A DNA stretch of 64,000 nt, taken from NCBI GenBank assembly GCA_003173895.1, contig PJMG01000012.1, forward strand, positions 35,448-99,447, in the 5' to 3' direction. The notes below the pieces were generated by a model. The model worked only from the letters and a program-made list of their open reading frames with translations, had not been told where the DNA came from and made no database searches. The stretch comes from Candidatus Levyibacteriota bacterium (GTDB lineage: Bacteria > Patescibacteriota > Microgenomatia > Levybacterales > UBA12049). Of this stretch, positions 38,053-47,365 are shown piece after piece (positions within the stretch are counted from its first letter, which is position 1; the number at the start of each line of letters is the position of its first letter). The translations under genes were made by a program, and so were the position numbers.

Positions 38053-38562
38053 TTAACTTTTATTTAAAATATTTACTATTTGCTTCACAGTTTTTTCAGG
38101 CGTTTTATCAGTGTTGTCTATTTTATATTCGTTTGTAAAATGTAAATCATCTCTTAATTTTTTATTAAATTTAATAGATTCTTCAAAATCTCTGAATCCA
38201 CTATCTCTAGTTTCTGTCAAAACTCTTTTTTTAAGTTTATCGTCGTCAGTAAGATAAAAAGTAAAAACTATATTTCTATAATCTTTTAACTCTTCTAGAA
38301 TTCTCTCAATATTCTTTTCTGTAAACCCACCAACAATTACATTTTTATAATTATGTTTTGCATAATTTCTTAATAAGAATACAAGGTTTTCAATAGACAT
38401 TTTTTCTTCTATATCATTAGTATTTGTCCAAGTGTTATTTAAGTGAAACCCTCTAATCCAATCAAAATCAATATGAACAGAATTAAGTTTTTCTTTAAGA
38501 AGTCGAGCAAGTGTAGTTTTTCCTGCTCCTTGTGCACCTAAAATGAAAATAAAATTATACAT
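38053..38562 (-). CDS. P-loop NTPase / small nucleotide-or-sugar kinase-like protein
   Basis: Walker A GAQGAGKTT at residues 9-17. 169 aa. No lid/signature allowing specific assignment. Confidence 0.5.
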   Translation of the reverse strand: MYNFIFILGAQGAGKTTLARLLKEKLNSVHIDFDWIRGFHLNNTWTNTNDIEEKMSIENLVFLLRNYAKHNYKNVIVGGFTEKNIERILEELKDYRNIVFTFYLTDDDKLKKRVLTETRDSGFRDFEESIKFNKKLRDDLHFTNEYKIDNTDKTPEKTVKQIVNILNKS

Positions 38563-38571
38563 ATAAGAATT

Positions 38572-39513
38572 CTAATTATTTACTCTCAAACTTTTAATGG
38601 TTTTATTTTTTAAATAATCTATACCTTTTTCCACTAACCAGAATAACCATTTTGGATATTTATTTTTATAATTTTTTTCATAAAAAATTTTCATCGCATT
38701 AAAACGTTCTGTTTGAAGCATTATTTTTGCATCAATGTTTGCAGTAGTTATATTGGCCGTTTTTTTCTTAATTCCACTTGATGCACCACCTATGTGCATA
38801 ATACTAACTTCGCCTACATAATAAATTTTATAACCTAATTTTTTTATGTTATAACAAAATTGTAAATCCTCACCATAAAAAAAATAATCTTCATCCCACC
38901 AATCCACCTTTTTACCTACTTCATAAGGAACTAACATAAATGCACCTTCTATAGCATCTACTTCATGTGTAGTATTTAAATTTTCCCAACCCTGTGTATA
39001 ACCTGCAAAAAATTTACTGCGTGGAAAAATTCTTTGAAGATGGGAGAAATAACAAAATGAATTCCAAGGAGTAGGAAATCCACGATGACAATTAAAATCT
39101 ATTTCTCCATCTTTATTAATTAATTTACAAGAAGCTGCACCTGCATCTGGATGTGCTTCCATAAATTCCAACATATAATTTAGACTGTCTTTATAAACTA
39201 TAGTGTCATTATTTAAAAATAAAACATATTTTCCATGCGCATAAGGAATTCCTTTATTATTACCTTTAGAGAACCCAATATTCCCACCGTTATCAATGAT
39301 ATCAAAATTTTTAATTTTGGTTTTCTTTTTATAATTTTTAAAAAATTCTAAAGTCCCATCTGTGGAAGCATTATCAGTAACTATTATTTCAAATTTCCCA
39401 TTTTCCACTTCTTTTAAATAATTTTTTTCGATAGAAGATACAGCATCTAAAGTAATTTCTTTAGCATTGTAAGTCAAAATAATTATAGAAAGTAAAACAT
39501 CGTTTTTATTCAT
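38572..39513 (-). CDS. GT2 glycosyltransferase
   Basis: ILTYNAKE ... VTDNASTDGT ... DxD-like LNNDT; GT-A fold signature. Confidence 0.8.
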   Translation of the reverse strand: MNKNDVLLSIIILTYNAKEITLDAVSSIEKNYLKEVENGKFEIIVTDNASTDGTLEFFKNYKKKTKIKNFDIIDNGGNIGFSKGNNKGIPYAHGKYVLFLNNDTIVYKDSLNYMLEFMEAHPDAGAASCKLINKDGEIDFNCHRGFPTPWNSFCYFSHLQRIFPRSKFFAGYTQGWENLNTTHEVDAIEGAFMLVPYEVGKKVDWWDEDYFFYGEDLQFCYNIKKLGYKIYYVGEVSIMHIGGASSGIKKKTANITTANIDAKIMLQTERFNAMKIFYEKNYKNKYPKWLFWLVEKGIDYLKNKTIKSLRVNN

Positions 39514-39533
39514 TTGCTTATTAGTTTATTGGA

Positions 39534-40421
39534 TTATTTATTAATTACCTCTAAAGCTTCTTTATAAGTGTTTTTTAAATAATTATTATTAGTTATTGTT
39601 CCTAAAATAATTAATAATACTGCTTTTGAACTCATTAAAAATTTAGCTATTAAATATTCGATAAATGATTTATGTTTTTTATAGAAATATAAAAGATTTT
39701 CATAAATATGAACTATCGCAAAAGTTCTATTAGTACTACCATGATCTTGATGTAAAATATTAATGTTAGGATAAAAATAGGTATTAAAACCGTTTAATTT
39801 AGCTCTATAACATAACTCCATATCTTCTGTATACATAAAAATCTTTTCATCAAATCCTTTTAATTTTTCAAAAACATTTTTTCTAATCATTAATAATCCT
39901 CCTTTAACCCAATCTACTTTAGAAATATTTTCAGGACTTTTATCTAAAATTCCATATTTTTGAAAACCTAAAAGTAAAAGTAAAACTTTATCCAAATTAT
40001 AAAAATCACCAGTGGAAGCTTGTAGAGTATCATCCATATTTTTCAGCTGTCCTCCTAAAATAGAAACTTCATTATGATCTTGCATATACTCTGCCATTTT
40101 TAAGATCCCCTTATCTTTAATAACTGTATCGTTATTTAAAAATAAAATAAAATCTCCTTTAGAAAATTTCGCTCCTAAATTACATCCTTTACTAAAACCT
40201 GCGTTTTCTGAATTTTCAATTATTTTAATATTTTGATATTTATTTTTTTTAATTATTGATTCCAGTTTTCTTACTGAGTCATCTCCAGAAGCATTATCTA
40301 CGATAATTAATTCAAAAATATTATTTTCAAATTCTGGTTTAAATTCTTTATAAAGCGATTCCATACACGTAATGGTTAAATTAGCTTTTTTATAATTTAA
40401 AGTAACGATTGAAACAAACAT
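39534..40421 (-). CDS. GT2 glycosyltransferase
   Basis: IVTLNYKK ... IVDNASGDDS ... LNNDT; GT-A fold signature. Confidence 0.8.
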   Translation of the reverse strand: MFVSIVTLNYKKANLTITCMESLYKEFKPEFENNIFELIIVDNASGDDSVRKLESIIKKNKYQNIKIIENSENAGFSKGCNLGAKFSKGDFILFLNNDTVIKDKGILKMAEYMQDHNEVSILGGQLKNMDDTLQASTGDFYNLDKVLLLLLGFQKYGILDKSPENISKVDWVKGGLLMIRKNVFEKLKGFDEKIFMYTEDMELCYRAKLNGFNTYFYPNINILHQDHGSTNRTFAIVHIYENLLYFYKKHKSFIEYLIAKFLMSSKAVLLIILGTITNNNYLKNTYKEALEVINK

Positions 40422-40425
40422 ATAT

Positions 40426-40680
40426 TTATAAACCTACACTAATGATGAAGTATAAAAGAGAGATACCTAAAATTCCAACGGCAAAATACTCTATCATTAC
40501 TTTAAATGAAAATGTGTGATGAAGTGCTTGATGTAAAATTCCCCATAAAACATAAAAGAGTGCCGTTAATGAAAGTATTTCTAATTGATAATTAATATTA
40601 CCTTTTAGACTACTAGCAAAACCAAATCCTAAAACTAGAATTAAGATAAGTATTGTATAGTGAAAAATATGTTTTTTCAT
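40426..40680 (-). CDS. Small 2-3 TM membrane protein
   Basis: 84-aa hydrophobic ORF with 4-nt overlap to the upstream CAP-domain gene. Confidence 0.35.
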   Translation of the reverse strand: MKKHIFHYTILILILVLGFGFASSLKGNINYQLEILSLTALFYVLWGILHQALHHTFSFKVMIEYFAVGILGISLLYFIISVGL

Positions 40681-41585
40681 GGCGTTATACTACCTGCTGT
40701 TAAAAATATTATAAATACTAAAATACCAGCAAAAAATAAAATGTGATCTAAATTGTGTCCAGATAATCTATAAATTTTTTTTCGCTGGACTATAAATAGA
40801 TCTAGTGAAAAAACTATAATAAATAGAATTATAAGAATTTGTGCTAAATTTTTAGCGAAATTAAATCTATTAATAAGTGATGCTTCACTTACCATTTCAT
40901 TTACAGGATTATTACTAGCATAAGCATTATTAATCAAATTTTTAGAATTATTATTATTGGACAATGGTGCATTTCCTTTACCCCCAAACATTTCGACTAT
41001 TAAAACAGTGTTTTTTTCACCTGTTAAAGTTCCTTCTTTAACGGAAAATCCTATATCTTGATAGTCAGGAGATAAAATATTTTCTCTATGAGATGGGCTA
41101 TTCATCCAAGCATCCATCACATCACCAGGTGTAGTAAATCCGCGAGCTAAATTTTCACCAGCATATGTATAGTTATAATTTTCTTTTTGTATAAAATACC
41201 ATGGAGTTTTACCACTGGGAGATATATGTGCCCAATAATTTTCTGCGAACATATTATCTGCTTTTAAATCAGCAGCTTGAGCTAATTCAGCATTATAATT
41301 TAGAGGTTTTAATCCATTTTCTTCTCTCTGCTGATTAGTTAAAACTAAAAGTTGTTGGGTAGAAATATTTACAGACAAACCTAAAACTTTAGGATAATTA
41401 TTTTTAACATAGGATAATGAAATAGAAGCAATTAAAAATATTCCAGCAATTAAAAGTAAAATATCGTTGTGGAGAATTTTAGGTTTATGATTATTACTTT
41501 TATGAGGAATAAAAAAGTGTCTAAAAATATTACGATAACTTCTATTCATAGAAACAGTATAACGTTTATGAATAAATGGGTGCAA
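40677..41585 (-). CDS. Membrane-anchored CAP/SCP/PR-1 domain protein
   Basis: TM anchor then CAP motifs (HISPSGKTPWYF ... GENLARGF ... VMDAWMNSPSHRENIL). C-terminal TM. The real start is probably the internal Met (MNRSYR) near 41549. Confidence 0.65.
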   Translation of the reverse strand: MHPFIHKRYTVSMNRSYRNIFRHFFIPHKSNNHKPKILHNDILLLIAGIFLIASISLSYVKNNYPKVLGLSVNISTQQLLVLTNQQREENGLKPLNYNAELAQAADLKADNMFAENYWAHISPSGKTPWYFIQKENYNYTYAGENLARGFTTPGDVMDAWMNSPSHRENILSPDYQDIGFSVKEGTLTGEKNTVLIVEMFGGKGNAPLSNNNNSKNLINNAYASNNPVNEMVSEASLINRFNFAKNLAQILIILFIIVFSLDLFIVQRKKIYRLSGHNLDHILFFAGILVFIIFLTAGSITP

Positions 41586-41889
41586 TAGATTTTTTTATAT
41601 TAAACTTTTTACTATTTAATTTAATCCCTAATGCATAAGAAATGGCCTGAGCGACAGAAATCCCTACTCTAAGTCCAGTAAAAGATCCAGGTCCTGTAAA
41701 AACCTCTATATCATCTAAATCTTTAAATTTTAATTTATTTTCTTTTAAGATTTCAACAATTAGTGGTAATAAAGTCTGACTTTTACGATTAGCAACTTTA
41801 GTTTTTTTTATTTTTTTAATACCAATACTTAATTTTACTTTAGCCAAATCCTTATCAGATGTGTCAATGAATAATTTTATATTTTTCAT
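41566..41889 (-). CDS. tsaB: TsaB (YeaZ) N-terminal fragment, 107 aa; possibly truncated
   Basis: LFIDTSDKDLAKVKL ... LPLIVEILKE ... DIEVFTGPGSFTGLRVGISVAQAISYALGI matches the TsaB N-terminal half. Full-length TsaB is ~220 aa. The ORF ends inside the CAP-domain gene. Confidence 0.55.
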   Translation of the reverse strand: MKNIKLFIDTSDKDLAKVKLSIGIKKIKKTKVANRKSQTLLPLIVEILKENKLKFKDLDDIEVFTGPGSFTGLRVGISVAQAISYALGIKLNSKKFNIKKSIAPIYS

Positions 41890-41930
41890 ATTTATTAATC
41901 AAATCCTATAGATATTTATCTTTTTAATAA

Positions 41931-42095
41931 AAAGTGAGCAAATATATATTTTAAAATGCATTGAAAGTTTGCTCTATGATAATTTTTAAATTTAATTTAA
42001 GTTTGGTAGCAAACTTTCACGAGCAAGAATGATATTTAATATTAATTTACAAAGCAATGTTTTCGAGCGTCTTTTAAAATATATTTTGCGAACTC
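41931..42095. repeat. Long (~165 bp) imperfect-palindrome dispersed repeat, copy 1 (upstream of tsaB)
   Basis: agtgagcaaatatatattttaaaatGCATTGAAAGTTTGCTctatgataattt...aagtttggtAGCAAACTTTCacgagcaagaatgatatt...gcgtcttttaaaatatattttgcgaactc. Internal GAAAGTTTGCT/AGCAAACTTTC and terminal tatattttaaaa/ttttaaaatata inverted segments. Confidence 0.6.
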
Positions 42096-42131
42096 AAAAC
42101 AAAATCAATCTTATTACAAACCTCTGCTAAC

Positions 42132-42713
42132 TTATAAATTAATTTTAATTACTCCTTCTCTTATAATTTTCCACTCTTTCCTTGTCACGTCAATTATAGT
42201 CGAAGACAACGAACCTTTACAAACTCCAGGTAATACAAAATCCACTTTCTCTAAAAGTTTTTGATCTAAATCTTCCAATTTAGAACTGGAAGGTTTACCA
42301 TGAAAATTAGCAGAAGTACCTATAATAGGAACACTGATTTTTTCAATTATCTCAAGCAGATTTTTATCATCAGGCATGCGAACTGCTACAGTATCTTTAT
42401 TAGAACGAACAATTTCCAGAACTTTATCTTTCTTAACTTTAGTTACAATTGTTAATCCTCCTGGCCAATATTTATTAATTAATTCTTCAATAACATTTTT
42501 ATTAAATGGCTCTACATACTTTTGAGCCATTTCTACTGAAGAAATTAAAATCGGTAAAGGTACCTTTTCCTTTCTTTTTTTAATTTCAAAAATTCTTTTT
42601 ATAGCTTTTTTATTATCAATCCTACACCCAATTCCAAAAACAGTATCTGTAGGAAAAATCACTACTCCACCATTTTTAAAAACCTCGATGGCTTTTTCTA
42701 AACTAGGATTCAT
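42132..42713 (-). CDS. tsaC: L-threonylcarbamoyladenylate synthase TsaC/YrdC
   Basis: YrdC fold signature (GGVVIFPTDTVFGIGC ... PLPILI ... VAVRMP ... GTSANFHGKP). Confidence 0.8.
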   Translation of the reverse strand: MNPSLEKAIEVFKNGGVVIFPTDTVFGIGCRIDNKKAIKRIFEIKKRKEKVPLPILISSVEMAQKYVEPFNKNVIEELINKYWPGGLTIVTKVKKDKVLEIVRSNKDTVAVRMPDDKNLLEIIEKISVPIIGTSANFHGKPSSSKLEDLDQKLLEKVDFVLPGVCKGSLSSTIIDVTRKEWKIIREGVIKINL

Positions 42714-42740
42714 AATTCAAACTATATTATAGTATAAAAA

Positions 42741-42800
42741 GTTTAATCAAAAGCGAGCAGAAGTATATTTTAAAACGCATTGAAAGTTTGCTCTATGATA
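42741..42800. repeat. Partial copy (left half) of the ~165 bp repeat, upstream of tsaC / overlapping tsaE 3' end
   Basis: aaagcgagcagaagtatattttaaaacGCATTGAAAGTTTGCTctatgataatttc, near-identical to the left arm of the copies at 41931 and 50763. Confidence 0.45.
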
Positions 42801-43300
42801 ATTTCTCTTTTATTCTCATCTAAAATCTCAAATTTTATTTCCCATCTTTTCTCAGGTAAAAATTTACCTAACTTTTCCGGCCATTCAATGGCTACAATAT
42901 TATTCTTTTCTTTTAAAATATCTAATAATCCTGTAGATTCTAAATCATTTTCATTTTCTAAACGATATAAATCCGCATGATAAAAATTACTAAATTCTTC
43001 AATCTTAACCTTATTTACATTTTTCACTTTTAACTTTTCACTTTTAACTTTATAGCTTCTTACTATTATAAATGTTGGGGAGATAATTCTGTGCTTTATA
43101 CCTAAACCTTTAGCTAACCCTTTAACAAATTGCGTTTTACCTGCTCCTAAATTACCATATAAACAAATGACATCTCCTATTTCTAATTTTTTTGCAAAGT
43201 CAAATCCTAACTTCTCAGTTTCTTCACTACTATTAGTTACCAAAATTTTTTTAAATTTATTTTCCCTTTTTTCCATAACTGAAATCCTAATATACCACAT
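42770..43300 (-). CDS. tsaE: tRNA t6A biosynthesis ATPase TsaE
   Basis: Walker A GNLGAGKTQFVKG; SPTFIIV; YHADLYRL motif. Contains a K/V-rich ~20-aa insertion encoded by a 14-nt tandem duplication. The annotated start overlaps the upstream gene by 64 nt; the true start may be a downstream non-ATG codon. Confidence 0.7.
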   Translation of the reverse strand: MWYIRISVMEKRENKFKKILVTNSSEETEKLGFDFAKKLEIGDVICLYGNLGAGKTQFVKGLAKGLGIKHRIISPTFIIVRSYKVKSEKLKVKNVNKVKIEEFSNFYHADLYRLENENDLESTGLLDILKEKNNIVAIEWPEKLGKFLPEKRWEIKFEILDENKREIIIEQTFNAF

Positions 43301-44118
43301 GATAATAGCAAAATAAAAACTCCAATAAAAATATAGATCACATTTGCGCTATTATTCACATTCTTAGTACTGTTTTTATTAGTTTTTTTAACACTTGTAC
43401 CTAGTACTTCACCTTTCCATAAATTATTATCAATGGTCACTGAAGGAGAATCTGTAGCTGTAGAGGACTTTGTAGCAGCCGTATTCGGTTTTAAATCAAC
43501 TTTCGTAGGATTTCTAGTCGGAATTTTCGTCGCTGTAGGAATAGGAGTATTGGTAGGAGACTTAGAAGTAGGCAAAGGCGTAGGCGTATTCGTAGGGTTT
43601 GGTGTTGGTGTGGGAGTATCAGTCGGGGTAGGCGTAGGAGGAACTGTAATATTTACAGTCACAATATTAGACCAAGTAGCAGTACTTCCCGTTTCAGTAT
43701 AACGCCCAATTTTCAGGTCGTAAGATCCACTTCCTGTTGTAAAGTTTGGATCGTCAGAGTCTATTCTTCCTTGAATATCACCATTCCAAACTCCATTATT
43801 ATCAGTAGTAATACTTAAAAAACTGGAATAATTTATAGGAGGTGGTGTCCCGTTATACCAACCAGTACCATTATAAGTGGATCCAAAATAATTAGAAGTT
43901 CCAGTTGGGGCTAAAGCCAGACGTAAACGATAGATCGCATTTTTAGAAAGTCCACTCATAGTAGCAGTTACATTAAAAGAAGTATCCAGAGTTAGAGTAT
44001 CCGTTGGGTAAGAAATAATAGTTGGTGCGGAAGCAAGAATTTTATTGGGGAAAAATAGAAAGATTAAAAGTAAAAAAAGAATTTCAAAAAATTTTCCAAG
44101 CTTCAGGGCAGCTCTCAT
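43237..44118 (-). CDS. Secreted/membrane-anchored protein with Pro/Thr-rich linker
   Basis: Signal peptide, beta-rich N-domain, (PTxT)n linker PTPTPTDTPTPTPNPTNTPTPLPT, C-terminal TM + basic tail. Confidence 0.5.
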   Translation of the reverse strand: MRAALKLGKFFEILFLLLIFLFFPNKILASAPTIISYPTDTLTLDTSFNVTATMSGLSKNAIYRLRLALAPTGTSNYFGSTYNGTGWYNGTPPPINYSSFLSITTDNNGVWNGDIQGRIDSDDPNFTTGSGSYDLKIGRYTETGSTATWSNIVTVNITVPPTPTPTDTPTPTPNPTNTPTPLPTSKSPTNTPIPTATKIPTRNPTKVDLKPNTAATKSSTATDSPSVTIDNNLWKGEVLGTSVKKTNKNSTKNVNNSANVIYIFIGVFILLLSCGILGFQLWKKGKINLKKFW

Positions 44119-44156
44119 AAATTAATTATGTTTCAATTTTTATATATTTGCAAATT

Positions 44157-45365
44157 TTATAATATTTGCACTCGATCTACTTCTACGATAGGCTCTGTGG
44201 GATATGTACCTCTGAAAGAAATATCATGTCCATTTGGAGTAAAAGGATCATTCATTTGATAGTTACCATTAGATCCACTTATTAAAACTACGAAATGATC
44301 TGCTATTGGTCCACCATCATAACTAATACCTACGATTACTGGATCACCACCTGATAAAACACTATCTATAGAAGCATTAGCTCGTTGAGCACTTACGCCC
44401 CCTGCAGAAATGGTAAATAAAAGATAAGCTGTAGAAGAGAAAAAGTTTGAGGAGTTAGAATTTATATCCAAAGGTGTAACTTTATGTCCATAATGGGTTA
44501 TTACCATAGCCATACTAGTCATCAAGCACCCATAACTAGCTATAGACGAATCTGTTCCATTAATTCCTATACCTCCCCACTGTGAATCTCTTTGATTATA
44601 ATAACAGCCCCACCCATCACAAACTGTTTGATTAGACAGAAGACTAGCTCCTCCCTGAGCAGCTACGAAATTTCCAAAACCAGCCAATTGTGCTTTAGCT
44701 TGGTTCAGTAAATGTTGATAATTTTCTTCACTATTTTGAGTTTCTGTAAGTAAAGTCTGTTTTTGAGTTTTTTGTGTATTTAATTGATCAGTATATTGTT
44801 GAAGCTGAGCTTGTAAAGATACCACTTGCTGTTTTTTAGTTTCTAGAATTTGTTTTTGGTTAGTGTAATCATCTTTAGCCTGCACTGTAGCGAATGCTAC
44901 TTGTCTATCATTAGCTTCTACTATTTGTAAATAATTCTCGCGATTCACAAAATCGCTTATATTATTAGATGCTAAAATAGATTGAATAGGCGGTTGTGTA
45001 CCTACTTCATAACTTTTTCTAATTCTATTATAGAAAATCTTACTTAAAGTCTGAAAAGCATTATTCAAACTTCCTATTTTTTGAGTTGTACTATCTATAT
45101 CTTCTTCAAGAGAAATAATTTGTGCTTGAGTCGCATCTATTCTAGCTTGGGTTAATTCAATTTGCCCATTCATTACGGCTATTTGATTAGAAAGTGTATT
45201 AGCTTGCCCTTTCAAATCCGTAAGTTTACTTTGGAGAGAATTTATAAGATTTTGACAGTCAGCTTGAGAAGAACACGAAACATCGTCAGCTAAAGTTTTA
45301 TTGGCTGATAAATTAAATACGATAAATAAAGCTAAAACAATGGTAAAAATCTTCAGAAATTTCAT
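44157..45365 (-). CDS. Secreted coiled-coil protein with C-terminal papain-like (peptidase C39_2/CHAP-like) domain; PcsB/EnvC-like FtsEX partner candidate
   Basis: Signal peptide and ~230-aa coiled-coil rich in Q/L heptads. C-terminal domain has a Cys motif (SYGCLMTSMAMVITHYG) and His motif (ADHFVVLISG). Located directly downstream of ftsE-ftsX. Confidence 0.55.
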   Translation of the reverse strand: MKFLKIFTIVLALFIVFNLSANKTLADDVSCSSQADCQNLINSLQSKLTDLKGQANTLSNQIAVMNGQIELTQARIDATQAQIISLEEDIDSTTQKIGSLNNAFQTLSKIFYNRIRKSYEVGTQPPIQSILASNNISDFVNRENYLQIVEANDRQVAFATVQAKDDYTNQKQILETKKQQVVSLQAQLQQYTDQLNTQKTQKQTLLTETQNSEENYQHLLNQAKAQLAGFGNFVAAQGGASLLSNQTVCDGWGCYYNQRDSQWGGIGINGTDSSIASYGCLMTSMAMVITHYGHKVTPLDINSNSSNFFSSTAYLLFTISAGGVSAQRANASIDSVLSGGDPVIVGISYDGGPIADHFVVLISGSNGNYQMNDPFTPNGHDISFRGTYPTEPIVEVDRVQIL

Positions 45366-45383
45366 ACTTCTAAATTTTTAACT

Positions 45384-45451
45384 TGTCATCCTGAGCAACG
45401 CGAAGGATCTCATTCTATAGATAGAGATTCTTCACTTCGTTCAGAATGACA
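45384..45451. repeat. Palindromic dispersed repeat (TGTCATCCTGAGC...GTTCAGAATGACA)
   Basis: 68-bp element with perfect 13-bp terminal inverted repeats and central cgaaggatctcattctatagatagagattcttcac palindrome. Inverted-orientation twin at 51312-51379. Confidence 0.6.
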
Positions 45452-45479
45452 AATGAGTTTTAACGAAGCAAATTTAAAT

Positions 45480-46349
45480 TTATTTTAAATATCTATAAAC
45501 CGCAATCAAGCTAGAATAAAGACCTAGTAGTACTGCTAAGATAATTTCAAAACCTAAAAGAGCCAGTAAAAAGTAAGGATTTGCAGGAAGCACTGGAATA
45601 CCTTTTAGAAATGACATTAAATAGGGAGTAGCATATAAAAGAGTACCTGTAGTAATCACCCAACCTAAAACTGCTCCTACTAAAGCATAAAAAATTCCTT
45701 CATACACAAAAGGCCAAGCTATGTATAAATTAGTCGCGCCAATTAAACGCATTATTTCTATATCTTCTCTTTTTTGTGAAACTTTAATGCCAATTATGGT
45801 AGCCATTATAAAAAGTGAAACTAGGATTAATGTACCTATTAGCACTAATCCTATTTTTCGAACGGCACCAGTCCAAGAAACTAAAGTAGAAACTATATCT
45901 TGTTGATAAACTACTTGATCTACGATAGTAGAACTTTTTACTTGCGAGGCCAGGCTAGCTAAATCATCTATATTATTAGCGGAAATTTCTAAAGACGCGG
46001 GAAGTATATCTGCTGTTACTAGTTGCAATAACAAGGGATCATTTTTATTTTGTGCTTTATATAATTGTAATGCTTGTTCTTTAGAAACAAATTTTAAACT
46101 GGAAACTTTACCAGTAGCTTTAAGTTGATTTTCTAAAGTAGTTATTTGAGCTGGAGTAGCTGCATCTTGGAAAAATGCAGTGACTTGAGGTTTGGATTCA
46201 AAATAATTAATTACTATTTGTGATCCAACAGTTATAAAACCAAATGCTGAAATTACCATAAAAGTAAGAAGCATTATAAAAATAGCAGCTAGTGCCTGAT
46301 ATGGCGAACGTCTGATATGATGATATGCTGTTTTTATATGTTTTTTCAT
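45480..46349 (-). CDS. ftsX: Cell division permease FtsX
   Basis: N-terminal TM, periplasmic domain, C-terminal 3-TM FtsX-like bundle. 2-nt gap to ftsE. Confidence 0.8.
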   Translation of the reverse strand: MKKHIKTAYHHIRRSPYQALAAIFIMLLTFMVISAFGFITVGSQIVINYFESKPQVTAFFQDAATPAQITTLENQLKATGKVSSLKFVSKEQALQLYKAQNKNDPLLLQLVTADILPASLEISANNIDDLASLASQVKSSTIVDQVVYQQDIVSTLVSWTGAVRKIGLVLIGTLILVSLFIMATIIGIKVSQKREDIEIMRLIGATNLYIAWPFVYEGIFYALVGAVLGWVITTGTLLYATPYLMSFLKGIPVLPANPYFLLALLGFEIILAVLLGLYSSLIAVYRYLK

Positions 46350-46351
46350 AT

Positions 46352-47365
46352 CTATTTTTTAAACTTAAATCTCTCAGCTAATTTTCCACCAAAAAGTCCT
46401 TTTTTAATCTGAGGTTTTTCTTCATCTATTCTATCTTTTTCAATTGTTTCGTCCTCTAAATTTTTTTCTTTTTTATGATCTTCTTTATGTTTGGATTTAT
46501 CTACTGGTATTTTTTCATCAACTTTTTCATGTTCTACTCTATCTTCAACTTCTTCTTTTTTATCTTTATTTTTTTCATCCAAAGGATGATCAGCCTTTGG
46601 ATGAATTTTCTCATGTTTATCTTTTACTTTTTCTTTAGCTTCTTTTACATTTTCCATTTTCTCTTCATCCAATTTTTCCTTCTCATTCTTACCATTTTTC
46701 TTAGAATCTGAGATCATTTTTCCACTATCTAATTTTATAACTCTATTTTTAGGATATTTTTTTAAAATTTCTAAATTATGTGTAGCCATAATTATTGTTG
46801 TGCCTGCTGCCTTATTAATAGTATCTAAAAGCTCTACTATTCCAAATGCTGTATCAGAATCTAAATTACCAGTTGGTTCATCAGCTAAGATCATCAAAGG
46901 ATCTAAAGTTAAAGCACGAGCTATAGCTGCTCTCTGAAGTTCTCCTCCTGAAAGTTGAATAGGAAATTTATCTTTATGTTCCATAATCCCTACTTTTTCT
47001 AGAAGTTCTAAGGCTTTATTCAAAGCCTCTTTTGGATGAGATCCTCTGATCTCAAAAGGTAGTAGAACATTTTCTAGAATGGTCTTATCATTTAAAAGTT
47101 TTAAATCTTGGAAAACCACTCCGATTTTAGACCTTAAAGCAGGAATTTTATTTTTAGGGAGTTTAGAAATATCTACTTCTTCTATAGTTATAACTCCGCT
47201 ACTAGGAAGATATTCGCGAATTAAAAGTCTAAGAAGTGTAGTTTTACCCGAACCAGTGTGTCCTACGAGAAAAACAAATTCCCCTTTATCTATTTCTAGA
47301 TTTAGAGTATCTAGTCCAATAGTACCTGTGGAAAAAGTCTTTGAAACATCAGTTAAAACAATCAT
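46352..47365 (-). CDS. ftsE: Cell division ATP-binding protein FtsE with ~120-aa K/E/D-rich C-terminal tail
   Basis: Walker A GHTGSGKTT, signature LSGGELQR, Walker B ILADEPTGNLD, H-loop ATHN. Residues ~215-337 are a low-complexity charged extension (KEKVKDKHEKIHPKADHPLDEKNKDKKEE...). Confidence 0.85.
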   Translation of the reverse strand: MIVLTDVSKTFSTGTIGLDTLNLEIDKGEFVFLVGHTGSGKTTLLRLLIREYLPSSGVITIEEVDISKLPKNKIPALRSKIGVVFQDLKLLNDKTILENVLLPFEIRGSHPKEALNKALELLEKVGIMEHKDKFPIQLSGGELQRAAIARALTLDPLMILADEPTGNLDSDTAFGIVELLDTINKAAGTTIIMATHNLEILKKYPKNRVIKLDSGKMISDSKKNGKNEKEKLDEEKMENVKEAKEKVKDKHEKIHPKADHPLDEKNKDKKEEVEDRVEHEKVDEKIPVDKSKHKEDHKKEKNLEDETIEKDRIDEEKPQIKKGLFGGKLAERFKFKK

